Program-made: the position numbers and the translations under genes
Assembly (NCBI GenBank): GCA_003649205.1
Contig: QMRC01000005.1
Span: 59,821 to 123,820 of the forward strand
DNA: 64,000 bases
Reading direction: 5' to 3'
Source: Thermoprotei archaeon
GTDB taxonomy: Archaea > Thermoproteota > Thermoprotei > Thermoproteales > B15-G16
Shown: in pieces, positions 10,235-19,243 of the stretch
How positions within the stretch are numbered: the first letter of the stretch is position 1
Layout of the letters: each line of letters opens with the position of its first letter
The notes under the pieces: generated by a model
Database searches by the model: none
Told to the model about the DNA's origin: nothing
Seen by the model: the letters and a program-made list of their open reading frames with translations, nothing else

Positions 10235-10845
10235 GGTCTACATACAGGTCTTGTCCTACCCTCCCTAATAGCCTCTAATATGTCGTAGTTATCGAAGCGA
10301 CTCGACTGAACACTCACCACTGTGTAAGCGGTACCAACTTCCTCAAGTGCATGAGCATCACTACCTGCTACCTTAGGTAGACCAAGCTCATTAGCTAGCT
10401 CCATAGCCCTCTCATTTTCTTCAACACTACAGCTAGGGTTGTACACCTCAATAGCATCAACTTCGATATCGTAGAGGTACTCGCCCAACCCACCTCTAGT
10501 AACACTAAATGGATGTGGTGCAATTGTGATGAACCCTCTATCTCTAGCCCACCTTACGAGTAGCCTAAGGTCCTTAGGAACATAATTCACATCCTGTGGT
10601 TCAGGAAGGAGCACAATCACAGCACCTAGATTGGTCATTAACTCAGCACCACAGAGAACAACCATATCGTAACCGAATTCACGAACGTACCTATAGGTAG
10701 TGAATCCACCACTAAACGTCTCGTGATCAGTAACAGCGACACCTAAACCAACTTCACGACAGTACTCCACTAAGTCAACAACCTTAACCCTACTATCACC
10801 TGAATACACCGTATGTACGTGAAGATCTACAGCAATATATGTCAC
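10198..10845 (-). CDS. PHP-domain metal-dependent phosphoesterase
   Basis: DLHVHT..S.D, VTDH, PHPF, IEVYN and AGSDAH motifs. Confidence 0.9.
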   Translation of the reverse strand: MTYIAVDLHVHTVYSGDSRVKVVDLVEYCREVGLGVAVTDHETFSGGFTTYRYVREFGYDMVVLCGAELMTNLGAVIVLLPEPQDVNYVPKDLRLLVRWARDRGFITIAPHPFSVTRGGLGEYLYDIEVDAIEVYNPSCSVEENERAMELANELGLPKVAGSDAHALEEVGTAYTVVSVQSSRFDNYDILEAIREGRTRPVCRPYTRGSSLYSTA

Positions 10846-10853
10846 TAACTACA

Positions 10854-11747
10854 TCACCTCCTCTTCCTAGCAACAACACCCCAAACCTCATCAACCTTCC
10901 AAACATCAAAACCAACAATCCTCAACCTCTTAACAACACCAGACATCACATCTAACCTACGGTACTTCGCACCCGGATAACCAACGTAGTGATAGAGAAA
11001 ACCACCTGGTTTAAGCACACGATAGAGCTCCCTATAGAACTCAGTACTATACAGCTCACCAGCTAAACTAAATCTAGGTGGGTCATGAATTATTCTATCA
11101 AACGAAGAATCCTCAAGGTACTTAACCACCTCACACGCATCACCGAGAATAACCGTAACTCTTGAGCTAGCTAACTCACGTGACCAAGGATTGTACTCAG
11201 CAATCTTAAGAACATTAACATCCTTCTCAATCGTAACTACATGACAGGCACCTCTCCTAAGAGAACCAATAGCAGTATAGCCAAGACCTGTACACACATC
11301 GAGAACCCTACAGCAGGGTCTAACCCTGGCGGCGGCAACCTTACTCATGGAGTCCTCCCACGGAGAAATCCCACATATCCTATGCATGTGAATACCTGAA
11401 ATCTCTAACGTAGGAGCAGTCTCAGGACCGACGCACCTAAGCTTGTAATACCTCTCTTCGGTAGCTAACGACAGGTGTACCAACCTATCACCTAAAACAG
11501 CATAGAGATCAGTCTCATCACAATCCTCGAGAACAGACCTAACCTCATCAATACTAATAGAAGAATTAGGAAAGTACACGTATCCATCCCTAACCTCAAC
11601 TCTAGCTCTTGAAAGTCCTAAATCGAGAGTAACCTCAACAAATTCCCTACCAGCTTCAAGACACCGCACAATCTCCTCAAGAACAAACCTCGAAACAACA
11701 GGTACAACCACTGGTCTAAACTCATACACAGTAAACAGACCAACCAC
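10854..11747 (-). CDS. Archaeal SAM-dependent methyltransferase (COG2521-like)
   Basis: PTLEISGIHMH, VLDVCTGLGYTA, NPWS and HDPPRFSLAGELYS. Confidence 0.85.
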   Translation of the reverse strand: MVGLFTVYEFRPVVVPVVSRFVLEEIVRCLEAGREFVEVTLDLGLSRARVEVRDGYVYFPNSSISIDEVRSVLEDCDETDLYAVLGDRLVHLSLATEERYYKLRCVGPETAPTLEISGIHMHRICGISPWEDSMSKVAAARVRPCCRVLDVCTGLGYTAIGSLRRGACHVVTIEKDVNVLKIAEYNPWSRELASSRVTVILGDACEVVKYLEDSSFDRIIHDPPRFSLAGELYSTEFYRELYRVLKPGGFLYHYVGYPGAKYRRLDVMSGVVKRLRIVGFDVWKVDEVWGVVARKRR

Positions 11748-11795
11748 CCCAAGCCACTTAGGGATAAGGTTAATAGATTGAAGAAAAACCTAATC

Positions 11796-12138
11796 TATGG
11801 AGCGGACCCGGGATGGGACGGCAATCCCCGCCGTCCGTCGGGGCAAACCCCCGATCCGCATGGGGTTAGCGGCATCCGAAACCCTCTCTGTTGGTGTACA
11901 CACCCCCTAGTACCGCCATCTAGCGGCGATGAACCCCAGCCCCCTGGGGCTACCGCAGGCGGCGGGCCGTCCGTAGGGACGGACCTAGCCGCTTAAACAC
12001 CCGAACCGGGTTAGGCCCGGGAGGGAGCAGCCCTAAGGGTGGGCGGTAGCGTTCAGGGGTGTACTGGGGTGAGACCGCTAGGTGGTATGGGCTAGGGGGT
12101 GTGTACACCAACAGAGAGGGGTTGGGGTCCGCTCCATA
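11796..12138 (+). ncRNA. ffs: Signal recognition particle RNA (7S RNA)
   Basis: Helix 1 TATGGAGCGGACCC/GGGTCCGCTCCATA, a long near-perfect helix 5, helix 6 with GTAG (GNAR) loop, and helix 8 TAGGCCC-GGGA-GGGAGCAG (SRP54 site). Very high GC. Confidence 0.95.
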
Positions 12139-12247
12139 ACCTAATTCCACTCCACTCACTGCTTTGCTTACAGGACTACACCATTAGTGATTTCAGTCGG
12201 TGAGTCTAGGTAAGAGTACGAGTAGTGTTATGGAGGTGTGGAGGATT

Positions 12248-12323
<76 letters not shown>

Positions 12324-12336
12324 GTTTCATTACTTG

Positions 12337-12699
12337 TCACATTAGTGTTGGGGTTATAAGCTTAGTGTTATCATTACTACTTTCCTCAACGGTCTTCACT
12401 CTCTCTATCTCAAGTACTTCAACTTCATCTCCAGGCTTAATTCCGTACTTCTCTCTGATTTCCTTTGGTATTGTGAATTGTCTTGAATCAGTGTGTCTTG
12501 TCCTAAGTAGCTTTACTCTCGGTAATTCGATAACTTCACCATTGTTGACCTTCCTTATCCTAACCCTTGCATATCTTGCTCTCGTCAATCCCAATGCTCT
12601 AACTAGTTGTGCTGGTACTAGTACCTGATTATTTATATACACTTTAACTCGATAGGGTAGAGATGTGATGTTGTACCCTTTAGCTCCTCTACGACCCAT
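12337..12699 (-). CDS. AbrB/SpoVT-family DNA-binding protein (two swapped-hairpin repeats)
   Basis: NNQVLVPAQLVRALG and RQFTIPKEIREKYGIKPGDEVEV. Confidence 0.85.
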   Translation of the reverse strand: MGRRGAKGYNITSLPYRVKVYINNQVLVPAQLVRALGLTRARYARVRIRKVNNGEVIELPRVKLLRTRHTDSRQFTIPKEIREKYGIKPGDEVEVLEIERVKTVEESSNDNTKLITPTLM

Positions 12700-12776
12700 A
12701 TTAGTACCTCGCGTAATTTCTATGAGTTGAAAGTTTTATTAGTGCATTTATGTTCTTCGTTTACGTGAGGAGTTCT

Positions 12777-12953
12777 ATGATGAGGGTTATTAGTGTCCGT
12801 ATACCTAAGAGTTACCTAGATAATATCAAGCGATTGATTGAGGAGGGTAGGTATAGCTCTGTATCGGAATTCGTCCGTGCTGCTATAATGGAATTGCTTA
12901 AGAAGAATAGAAGGGTTGAGTTCTCTAACATTGTTGAGGAGGTTCTAAGCTAA
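12777..12953 (+). CDS. Ribbon-helix-helix transcription regulator (CopG/Arc/MetJ, CdrS-like)
   Basis: MRVISVRIP...I..LIEEGRY.SVSEFVRAAI.ELL. Start moved to ATG 12777, downstream of the GTGAGGAG SD. Confidence 0.85.
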   Translation: MMRVISVRIPKSYLDNIKRLIEEGRYSSVSEFVRAAIMELLKKNRRVEFSNIVEEVLS

Positions 12954-12954
12954 A

Positions 12955-13722
12955 ATGTCCTCCCAGACAGTATCCGACATCTTACCTAGAGCACCTACGG
13001 GTATAGACAGGCTTGATGAAATTCTCGGTGGTGGTTTAATTCGTGGAAAGACATACTTGGTCACTGGTGAGACTGGTACTGGTAAGACTATTTTTGCTCT
13101 CTCATTCATTGTTTATGGTGCTGCATTGGGTGAGGCGGGAGTTTACGTTACTGTTGATGAAGATGTCGAGAGTTTCATGCTTGGGGCTAAGGCTTTTGGT
13201 TGGGACCTAGAGAAGTTAGTTGAGAGAGGTAAGCTAAGTATTGTCTCTCCTTCTGAAGACTTCATTGATAGGATTAGGAGAAAGGACCCTGATGCTGTTG
13301 CTAAGTCCTTGGTCAGGGATATAAGTGAGGTTGTTGAGAGAATTGGTGCTCAGAGATTGGTTATTGACCCTATAGCACCGTTAGTGTGTATGGAGAAGGA
13401 TGTTCAGGTGCTTAGGGAATTCACTAGGATACTGATAACGAGGCTTGAACGCGATGTTAGGTGTACAACATTAATTACGTCTGAAATACCTTCAGGTTCA
13501 TTGTCTCTGAGTAGGTTTGGTGTTGAGGAGTTTCTAGCTTCTGGTGTATTTGTTCTTGGCTTGGCTAGAAGAGGTAGTAGGTTTATTAGGACGTTAACCA
13601 TTAGGAAGATGCGGTGGCTACCTGTTAAGCCTACAGTATACGAGTTCGATATTGTGCCCGGTAGGGGCATTGTAATTAAAGGTCCGCTTGAGGAATCTTC
13701 AACCTACTCTCTTCACTGGTGA
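12955..13722 (+). CDS. KaiC/RAD55-like RecA-superfamily ATPase (single domain)
   Basis: TGIDRLDEILGGG, Walker A GETGTGKT, Walker B RLVIDP, GVEEF and IRKMR. Confidence 0.92.
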   Translation: MSSQTVSDILPRAPTGIDRLDEILGGGLIRGKTYLVTGETGTGKTIFALSFIVYGAALGEAGVYVTVDEDVESFMLGAKAFGWDLEKLVERGKLSIVSPSEDFIDRIRRKDPDAVAKSLVRDISEVVERIGAQRLVIDPIAPLVCMEKDVQVLREFTRILITRLERDVRCTTLITSEIPSGSLSLSRFGVEEFLASGVFVLGLARRGSRFIRTLTIRKMRWLPVKPTVYEFDIVPGRGIVIKGPLEESSTYSLHW

Positions 13723-13778
13723 GTTAACTGCTAGTTAAGACACACATCTTTTAACCTCTCTTTGTGTTTCCTGTTTTG

Positions 13779-14408
13779 ATGAGTGGTACTGAGATTCTTA
13801 AGAGGTACTTCGGTGTTAAGCTTAGGTTTAGGTGCATGATGTGTGGTGCTTGTTGCAGAAGGTACTGGGTTTGTCCTACACACTGTGATATCGCTAGGAT
13901 ATCTAAGTACGGTGGTTTCAATCCGAGGGAATTCCTAACACTAATGCCTAAGGAGAGAGCTGGTAACTGGAATGCACCTTCCTTCCTCGTTAAGGTCGGT
14001 GGTAGGGTTGGTGAGTACTATGTCGTCATTAAGAAGAGGAGAGATGGTTACTGCTTCTTCAATGAGTTTAGAGGTGCTAGGGTACTGTGTAAGGTTCACA
14101 GCTATAAACCTCTCGTCTGTAGATTCTACCCCGTAGTATACTGGGTAAAGGGTACATCTGTCTTCTTTGAAGTACATGATGATGCCATTGGCTTTTGCCC
14201 TGGTATAGGTAGAGGTTCAATTTATGATCTAGACTACCTCTTTGGAGTAGTCTTGAGAATTAGAGAGGAGAAGAGAATGTTCTTTGAATTAGCTAGTAAG
14301 TGGAATGAAGCTGTTTCTCGAGGCAAGATCAATCCTACCTTTGACAATCTGATCTCCTACATACATAGTCGTGGTCTTGAGGTCATAGAGCATGGAGGTC
14401 ATAGCTGA
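13779..14408 (+). CDS. YkgJ/UPF0153 cysteine-cluster (CxxCxxCC) protein
   Basis: FRCMMCGACC, C.F, CKVH..KP..CRFYP and CPGIG. Confidence 0.88.
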   Translation: MSGTEILKRYFGVKLRFRCMMCGACCRRYWVCPTHCDIARISKYGGFNPREFLTLMPKERAGNWNAPSFLVKVGGRVGEYYVVIKKRRDGYCFFNEFRGARVLCKVHSYKPLVCRFYPVVYWVKGTSVFFEVHDDAIGFCPGIGRGSIYDLDYLFGVVLRIREEKRMFFELASKWNEAVSRGKINPTFDNLISYIHSRGLEVIEHGGHS

Positions 14409-15153
14409 GGGTTCTGAAGTTCTTCTGTACTTCAGCAAGAAGTACAAGTACTTGGTTAAGGTGACGAAGCAGAAGTTCTCAACACATAGAGGTGTTATAG
14501 ATCTATCTCAATTAATTGGAAAACCCTTCGGAAGTACGTTGGAGACTGATGTTGGTGAGAAGTTTGTAGTTGCAAAACCTACATTCATGGATTATCTCGA
14601 GAGGTTTAGGAAGGTGACACAAGTTATATACCCTAAGGATGCTGCTGCTATCGTACTGTTTGGTTGTATTGGACCCGGTTCTAGAGTTGTTGAAGCTGGT
14701 CTTGGTTCTGGTGCGCTCTGTGCTGTTTTAGCGTACTATGTCAGACCTACGGGGAAGGTGTACTCGTATGAGATTAGGAGGGAATTCATAGAGGTTGCTG
14801 TTAAGAACTTGAGTAGAGTTAACCTCCTCGATTATGTTGTCATTAAGGAGAAGGATATAACAACAGGTATCGATGAGGAGAATGTAGATGCTGTTGTCCT
14901 TGACATGGCTACCCCATGGTTGGTAGTACCACATGCGCATAAAGCGCTCAGAAACGGTGGTTACTTCATATGCTTTAGCCCAACAATAAATCAGGTGGAG
15001 AAAGTTGTTAAAGCGCTCAAGGAACATAACTTTATCGACATAACTACCTTCGAGCTACTGCTGAGGACGTATAAAGTAGAGGAAGGATCTACAAGACCTG
15101 AGACGTGGATGGTAGCGCACACAGGTTACTTGACAGTAGCTAGAAAGCCCTAG
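14392..15153 (+). CDS. trmI: tRNA (adenine57/58-N1)-methyltransferase
   Basis: THRG, TQVIYPKD, VVEAGLGSG, LDMATPW, FSPTINQV and TRP....AHTGYL. Confidence 0.95.
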   Translation: MEVIAEGSEVLLYFSKKYKYLVKVTKQKFSTHRGVIDLSQLIGKPFGSTLETDVGEKFVVAKPTFMDYLERFRKVTQVIYPKDAAAIVLFGCIGPGSRVVEAGLGSGALCAVLAYYVRPTGKVYSYEIRREFIEVAVKNLSRVNLLDYVVIKEKDITTGIDEENVDAVVLDMATPWLVVPHAHKALRNGGYFICFSPTINQVEKVVKALKEHNFIDITTFELLLRTYKVEEGSTRPETWMVAHTGYLTVARKP

Positions 15154-16562
15154 TATCTCTTAAGTGCTAAGTTAAGTAAACCGCGTAGATAAGCAATGAC
15201 AACAGGTAGCACAGTCAACGCTGTGTACACTAAACCTCTCATCACAGCACCAATGAAGATAGCTACGCTCACTACTGCTACACATATCTCAGGTAGGTAG
15301 TGAATGAAGCTAGTGTAGAACCACCTAGCACTACCCTTAGGTGTGATGCACCATTCCTGTGGAATCCTAAGTAAGCACTTTAGTGTAGAGATTAGTAAGC
15401 AGGGGCTCATCAACGTAATCATTATCGACGATGCTCCAAGTAGCTTAATAGCCTTCACAAATGAGATTTCCATTCTTCTAGTGAACATGAAGAAGACGGT
15501 AATGTAGGCTACTGAGCTAAGTACCCAGAGGATGAGTGCTATGTAGAATGCCCATAATTGGACATCACGTACATAGGCAACGGTTAGTGTGAGAGCGAAG
15601 AGAGTTAGCAGTATCAACATAGCTCCTACGTACTGGGAGAGGTATAGTAGTACATCGATCTTCTCCCTTAGCTTTACCTCTTTACTCCTAAAGAATTTAG
15701 GTAATTTATTGATTATTAGGTAAGTTGCCCCGTATACCCACCTAATCTGTTGTTTACGAAATGATGCATATGTAGTGGGTACCTCAACGTAGACAAGACA
15801 GTCGTGATCGTAGTGGATTTGGTAACCACGCATCATGACTTCTAAACTTAGATCCAAATCCTCAATGATACTTTCAGGGAATCCACCAACTTCATTCAAT
15901 ACGTGTTTCTTCACTACTGAACCTGTCCCAAGTATAAATGGTCTTAGGGATAGAGCGTACCTACCTCTCATTAGTACATTGAACATGAAATCCTGTGATA
16001 GAGCTATTGCTCTAGATACTGCACTATCGTCTGGATTTAGTGCAGTCCATCGACAGGTGTAGGCAGCTACCCTGGTATCTGACGTGAGGTACGATACCGC
16101 TCTCTTAAGGAATTCGGGTGTGATTACGTTATCGACGTCGATAATAGCTATGTAATCAGCATCTACGTGCTTAAGTGCGTGGTTTAGTGCAGAGGCCTTG
16201 TACTTACCACTTTTTCGAAATAATGCCTCAATATCTATGAGTTCACGAAATCTAGAGACAATGTTAAGTATAGCTCTCTGCTCCTCAGCAGTGTAGTCAT
16301 CACATACTAGGATTATCTTCAATTTATCCCTTGGGTAATCGAGCTTAATGAGCGAGTGAAGTACTCTCTCAATTAAGTCTATAGGTTCTCTCTTAGCAGG
16401 TACTATCACTGCAACTGAGGGGTACATTACCAGGTTTGGTAATGGTCTTCTTAGTTGTGTTCTCATCGCTGTGAATCCATAGATTGAGTGGAGTAGGAGT
16501 ATTGTAGCTGAGAAGGATGCGGAGATTACTAGTAGTATGGAGGGTACGAGTTCTATCATCAT
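15150..16562 (-). CDS. Second processive GT2 glycosyltransferase (cellulose synthase-like)
   Basis: VCDD, KASALN, IDVD, IEDLD, QQIRW, WCITPK and multiple TM helices. Confidence 0.9.
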   Translation of the reverse strand: MMIELVPSILLVISASFSATILLLHSIYGFTAMRTQLRRPLPNLVMYPSVAVIVPAKREPIDLIERVLHSLIKLDYPRDKLKIILVCDDYTAEEQRAILNIVSRFRELIDIEALFRKSGKYKASALNHALKHVDADYIAIIDVDNVITPEFLKRAVSYLTSDTRVAAYTCRWTALNPDDSAVSRAIALSQDFMFNVLMRGRYALSLRPFILGTGSVVKKHVLNEVGGFPESIIEDLDLSLEVMMRGYQIHYDHDCLVYVEVPTTYASFRKQQIRWVYGATYLIINKLPKFFRSKEVKLREKIDVLLYLSQYVGAMLILLTLFALTLTVAYVRDVQLWAFYIALILWVLSSVAYITVFFMFTRRMEISFVKAIKLLGASSIMITLMSPCLLISTLKCLLRIPQEWCITPKGSARWFYTSFIHYLPEICVAVVSVAIFIGAVMRGLVYTALTVLPVVIAYLRGLLNLALKRY

Positions 16563-16608
16563 ACGCGGTAAACATCTAGATGTTAGGACTTACCTCAGTT
16601 TCGCTATG

Positions 16609-17346
16609 TTAGAGTTGGAGGATTACATCTATGTAGAAGTCCTTATCTAGTATCGTCTCTCTTCTCTCAAGTACTTTCCTCCATGCATTACCGATAGCAA
16701 CTAGTATGGATATGCCTCGTAGTCTACACTTAGCTTTCTCAAGGATTGATAGTAGAGCATCAAGTGTCTTTCCGCTTTGTGCTATGTCATCAACTATTAG
16801 TACAGTTTCGTTTACCTGTAGGAAGCTCCTAGGTACGTACAACATGAATGAAGTGAATGGTTCTTTACCGACTATTGTGGCTTCGTAATACTCATCTATG
16901 GACGGGTCTCGGTCACGTTTAGCTACAACAAATGGTTTGCCAAGTGCTAGAGAGGCTGTTACTGCTAAGGGTATGCCATCGACTGCTGCTGTCAGTATTT
17001 TGCTAGGTGGTGATCTGCTAAAGATCTTCTTAACTCTTCTAGCGTAGAGTTTAAGGAAGACAGGGTCGTAGAGAACCTGCTTGAGGTCTATTATGCCTCC
17101 CTCTCTCAACCTTATCTTTTTCTCAACATAGGTCTTGGTATTAACTACCGTACTGAGTGTGGAAATTATCTTGCTGGCATGTTCCTTACTTGGAATTACA
17201 TAACCATTTACGTAGCGGCAGAGAACAGATTCGGGGATACCGACTATCTTCGCTAGCTCTCTATACGAGAGTGAGAGTAGGTTGCGTGCCGCCTGTAGTA
17301 GTTCTATAGCAAATGCCCTATCACTAAGTCTCTTGGGTTCGAGCAT
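16609..17346 (-). CDS. XRE-HTH plus phosphoribosyltransferase domain protein (PurR-like regulator)
   Basis: SYRELAKIVGIPESVLCRYVNG HTH and VLIVDDIAQSGKT PRT motif. Confidence 0.88.
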   Translation of the reverse strand: MLEPKRLSDRAFAIELLQAARNLLSLSYRELAKIVGIPESVLCRYVNGYVIPSKEHASKIISTLSTVVNTKTYVEKKIRLREGGIIDLKQVLYDPVFLKLYARRVKKIFSRSPPSKILTAAVDGIPLAVTASLALGKPFVVAKRDRDPSIDEYYEATIVGKEPFTSFMLYVPRSFLQVNETVLIVDDIAQSGKTLDALLSILEKAKCRLRGISILVAIGNAWRKVLERRETILDKDFYIDVILQL

Positions 17347-17396
17347 GTATCTTTAGTGTGTAGGTGCTGGATCAATATAAATATCTTGCCTACTAT

Positions 17397-17452
17397 TGTT
17401 CAGCGACTAATCCCTTCATCAGCACCTCAGTTACCTGGAATTTCATCACCCC
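17397..17452 (-). ncRNA. Box C/D guide sRNA
   Basis: Minus strand GTGATGA-(12 nt AATTCCAGGTAA)-CTGA-GGTG-CTGATGA-(12 nt AGGGATTAGTCG)-CTGA. All four boxes are near-consensus with symmetric 12-nt guides; intergenic. Confidence 0.88.
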
Positions 17453-17510
17453 ACACATGATTAGGGAAAAGTAGATAAGAGGTATACGTCATCTTTCCGT
17501 AGGTGAGTAC

Positions 17511-17921
17511 ATGAAGGCTTTCTTCAAGGAGTTGAGTATCAGGACTAGAAATAAACTTGAGGTTGTTAACATAACTCACTACGTTGAGGATGCTGTGAGA
17601 GAGTCAGGTATTAGGGATGGTATATGTCTCGTCCACGCACCCCATGCAACAGCAGCCATCGTAGCTAATGAGTACGAGAGTGGATTAGTAGAGGATATAC
17701 TTACGAAGATAAGGGAGGAGTATCCAGAGGATGGTAGGTGGAAGCACAATCTAATTGACTACAATGCAGCAGCACACTTAGCATCAGCGTTCATCGGTGC
17801 ATCGAGGATATTTCCTGTCAGAAACGGTTCTCTCGTTAGAGGTACCTGGCAGCACATACTCCTTATCGAACTTGATGGTCCGAGAACAAGGAGGGTGGTT
17901 ATTGAGGTTCTTGGTGAGTAA
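17511..17921 (+). CDS. yjbQ: YjbQ/UPF0047 family protein
   Basis: PHATAA..NE, HN..D.NAAAH, GTWQ and ELDGPR. Confidence 0.92.
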   Translation: MKAFFKELSIRTRNKLEVVNITHYVEDAVRESGIRDGICLVHAPHATAAIVANEYESGLVEDILTKIREEYPEDGRWKHNLIDYNAAAHLASAFIGASRIFPVRNGSLVRGTWQHILLIELDGPRTRRVVIEVLGE

Positions 17922-17922
17922 T

Positions 17923-18225
17923 ATGTGTGGTGGAAATACTGAAGAGTTGAAGCGGAGGATATACGATGCCCTCAAAGATGTTATGGATCCGGAGATAGGT
18001 CTCAACGTTGTGGATGCTGGTTTCATCAAGAATGTACTCGTTGATCAGGAAGGTAATGTCACTGTAGAGATGATCTTAACGACTCCTTTCTGCCCCCTTG
18101 CACACATAATGATTTCTCAGGTAAGGAGAGCTGTGGAGAAGATACCTGGTGTCAAGAGTGTTGATGTCAAGATAGTGGGCTTCGGTATTCCCGAACAACT
18201 TCTTAGAAGACTAGGTTATCGCTAA
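17923..18225 (+). CDS. DUF59/SufT (MIP18-like) metal-sulfur cluster assembly factor
   Basis: ALKDVMDPEIGLNVVDAG and LTTPFCP. True start is probably ATG 17923, after the GGTGAG SD. Confidence 0.9.
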   Translation: MCGGNTEELKRRIYDALKDVMDPEIGLNVVDAGFIKNVLVDQEGNVTVEMILTTPFCPLAHIMISQVRRAVEKIPGVKSVDVKIVGFGIPEQLLRRLGYR

Positions 18226-19181
18226 ATCCTGTACCTCGTTAGGAGTAAGAGCGCTATTGCAGTAGCTAAAACATCCGCTAGTGCACCGGGATTGATACCA
18301 TTATGTGAAGCCCAAGCATCTAAACTCCAGAGCAAGCACATACCAGAGCTAGTAGTAACACCGCCTAATCTCAGTACCTCACATGCTCTCTGTCTAAGCT
18401 CATTAGCTAAATCCTTTCCACGCTTAGCAACAACCAAAGTATCCTCATACCTACTGAGCAGCTCCAGAAATGTCTCCACAACAGCATCATTCCACACACC
18501 AAACCTCTCAACATTCCTACGCAGAAAACACAATGCCACCTGTGTCAGTGGATACCCCTCAACCAATTCCCTTGAAATCAAGTCCCACATGGATGAACAC
18601 AGCAGAACATCATACAGCGTAATACCTCTCTCCCTTAGTAACCTAGCAAAATTGGGATCCCACACATTAGGATGCTCAGAAGTCATGGGTGCTCTCTTTC
18701 TCAAGTACCTCGGTGACGCTACTCTAATAGCTCTATAGAACCACACAGCATCACTCACATCACTGTGCTTCACCAAGGTACATGCGGTACTGATACACTT
18801 ACCAATGTGGAGGAGCCCACATCTACGATATACAAATCCCAATGCCACAGCCAGGGGAACCAGTAGGGTTGCTGTACCTAAATTGGTATTACCTCCTCTA
18901 TGTCGTGACTTACAGGTTCTAACAAGTCTATACACCATGTATCCAAGACCACACCTCATATCCTCTGATGTACTATCTGCTAATCGATATCCTCTGATGA
19001 ATGCTCTATAGAACACCTCAACACTGGCAACCCCACTAATGACGAAGTGCTCAATGCTAGTATCTTCGTGATCCTTCAGTCTATGTACATTACCTGGCTT
19101 CGGAAAAGCAGTAGCCTCTAGTATGGTAGCTGTCGACAAAGCCCATGAACAGAACCAAGCTACCTCTCTAACCTTCATCAA
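18222..19181 (-). CDS. citG: CitG-like triphosphoribosyl-dephospho-CoA synthase family protein (C1-cofactor-cluster type)
   Basis: LE...PKPGNVHR, NTNLG..LL.PL, DTLV..K.G and NPG..AD. Confidence 0.85.
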   Translation of the reverse strand: MMKVREVAWFCSWALSTATILEATAFPKPGNVHRLKDHEDTSIEHFVISGVASVEVFYRAFIRGYRLADSTSEDMRCGLGYMVYRLVRTCKSRHRGGNTNLGTATLLVPLAVALGFVYRRCGLLHIGKCISTACTLVKHSDVSDAVWFYRAIRVASPRYLRKRAPMTSEHPNVWDPNFARLLRERGITLYDVLLCSSMWDLISRELVEGYPLTQVALCFLRRNVERFGVWNDAVVETFLELLSRYEDTLVVAKRGKDLANELRQRACEVLRLGGVTTSSGMCLLWSLDAWASHNGINPGALADVLATAIALLLLTRYRI

Positions 19182-19243
19182 GCTAGATGCACCTGTTTAT
19201 ATTTACAATTTCTCAACGTATTGTAACTTAACTCATCTACGCA

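Noticed and set aside
11796-12138. RNase P RNA or a transposon with terminal inverted repeats
   Set aside because: No RNase P P4 motifs. The terminal repeat is SRP helix 1, and the helix 8 signature is present.
11778-12159. ORFs 11778..11996 (+) and 11950..12159 (-)
   Set aside because: Pro/Gly-rich shadow translations of the GC-rich SRP RNA.
17797-17922. N-terminal extension of the DUF59 ORF
   Set aside because: It overlaps yjbQ; the SD-preceded ATG at 17923 is the better start.
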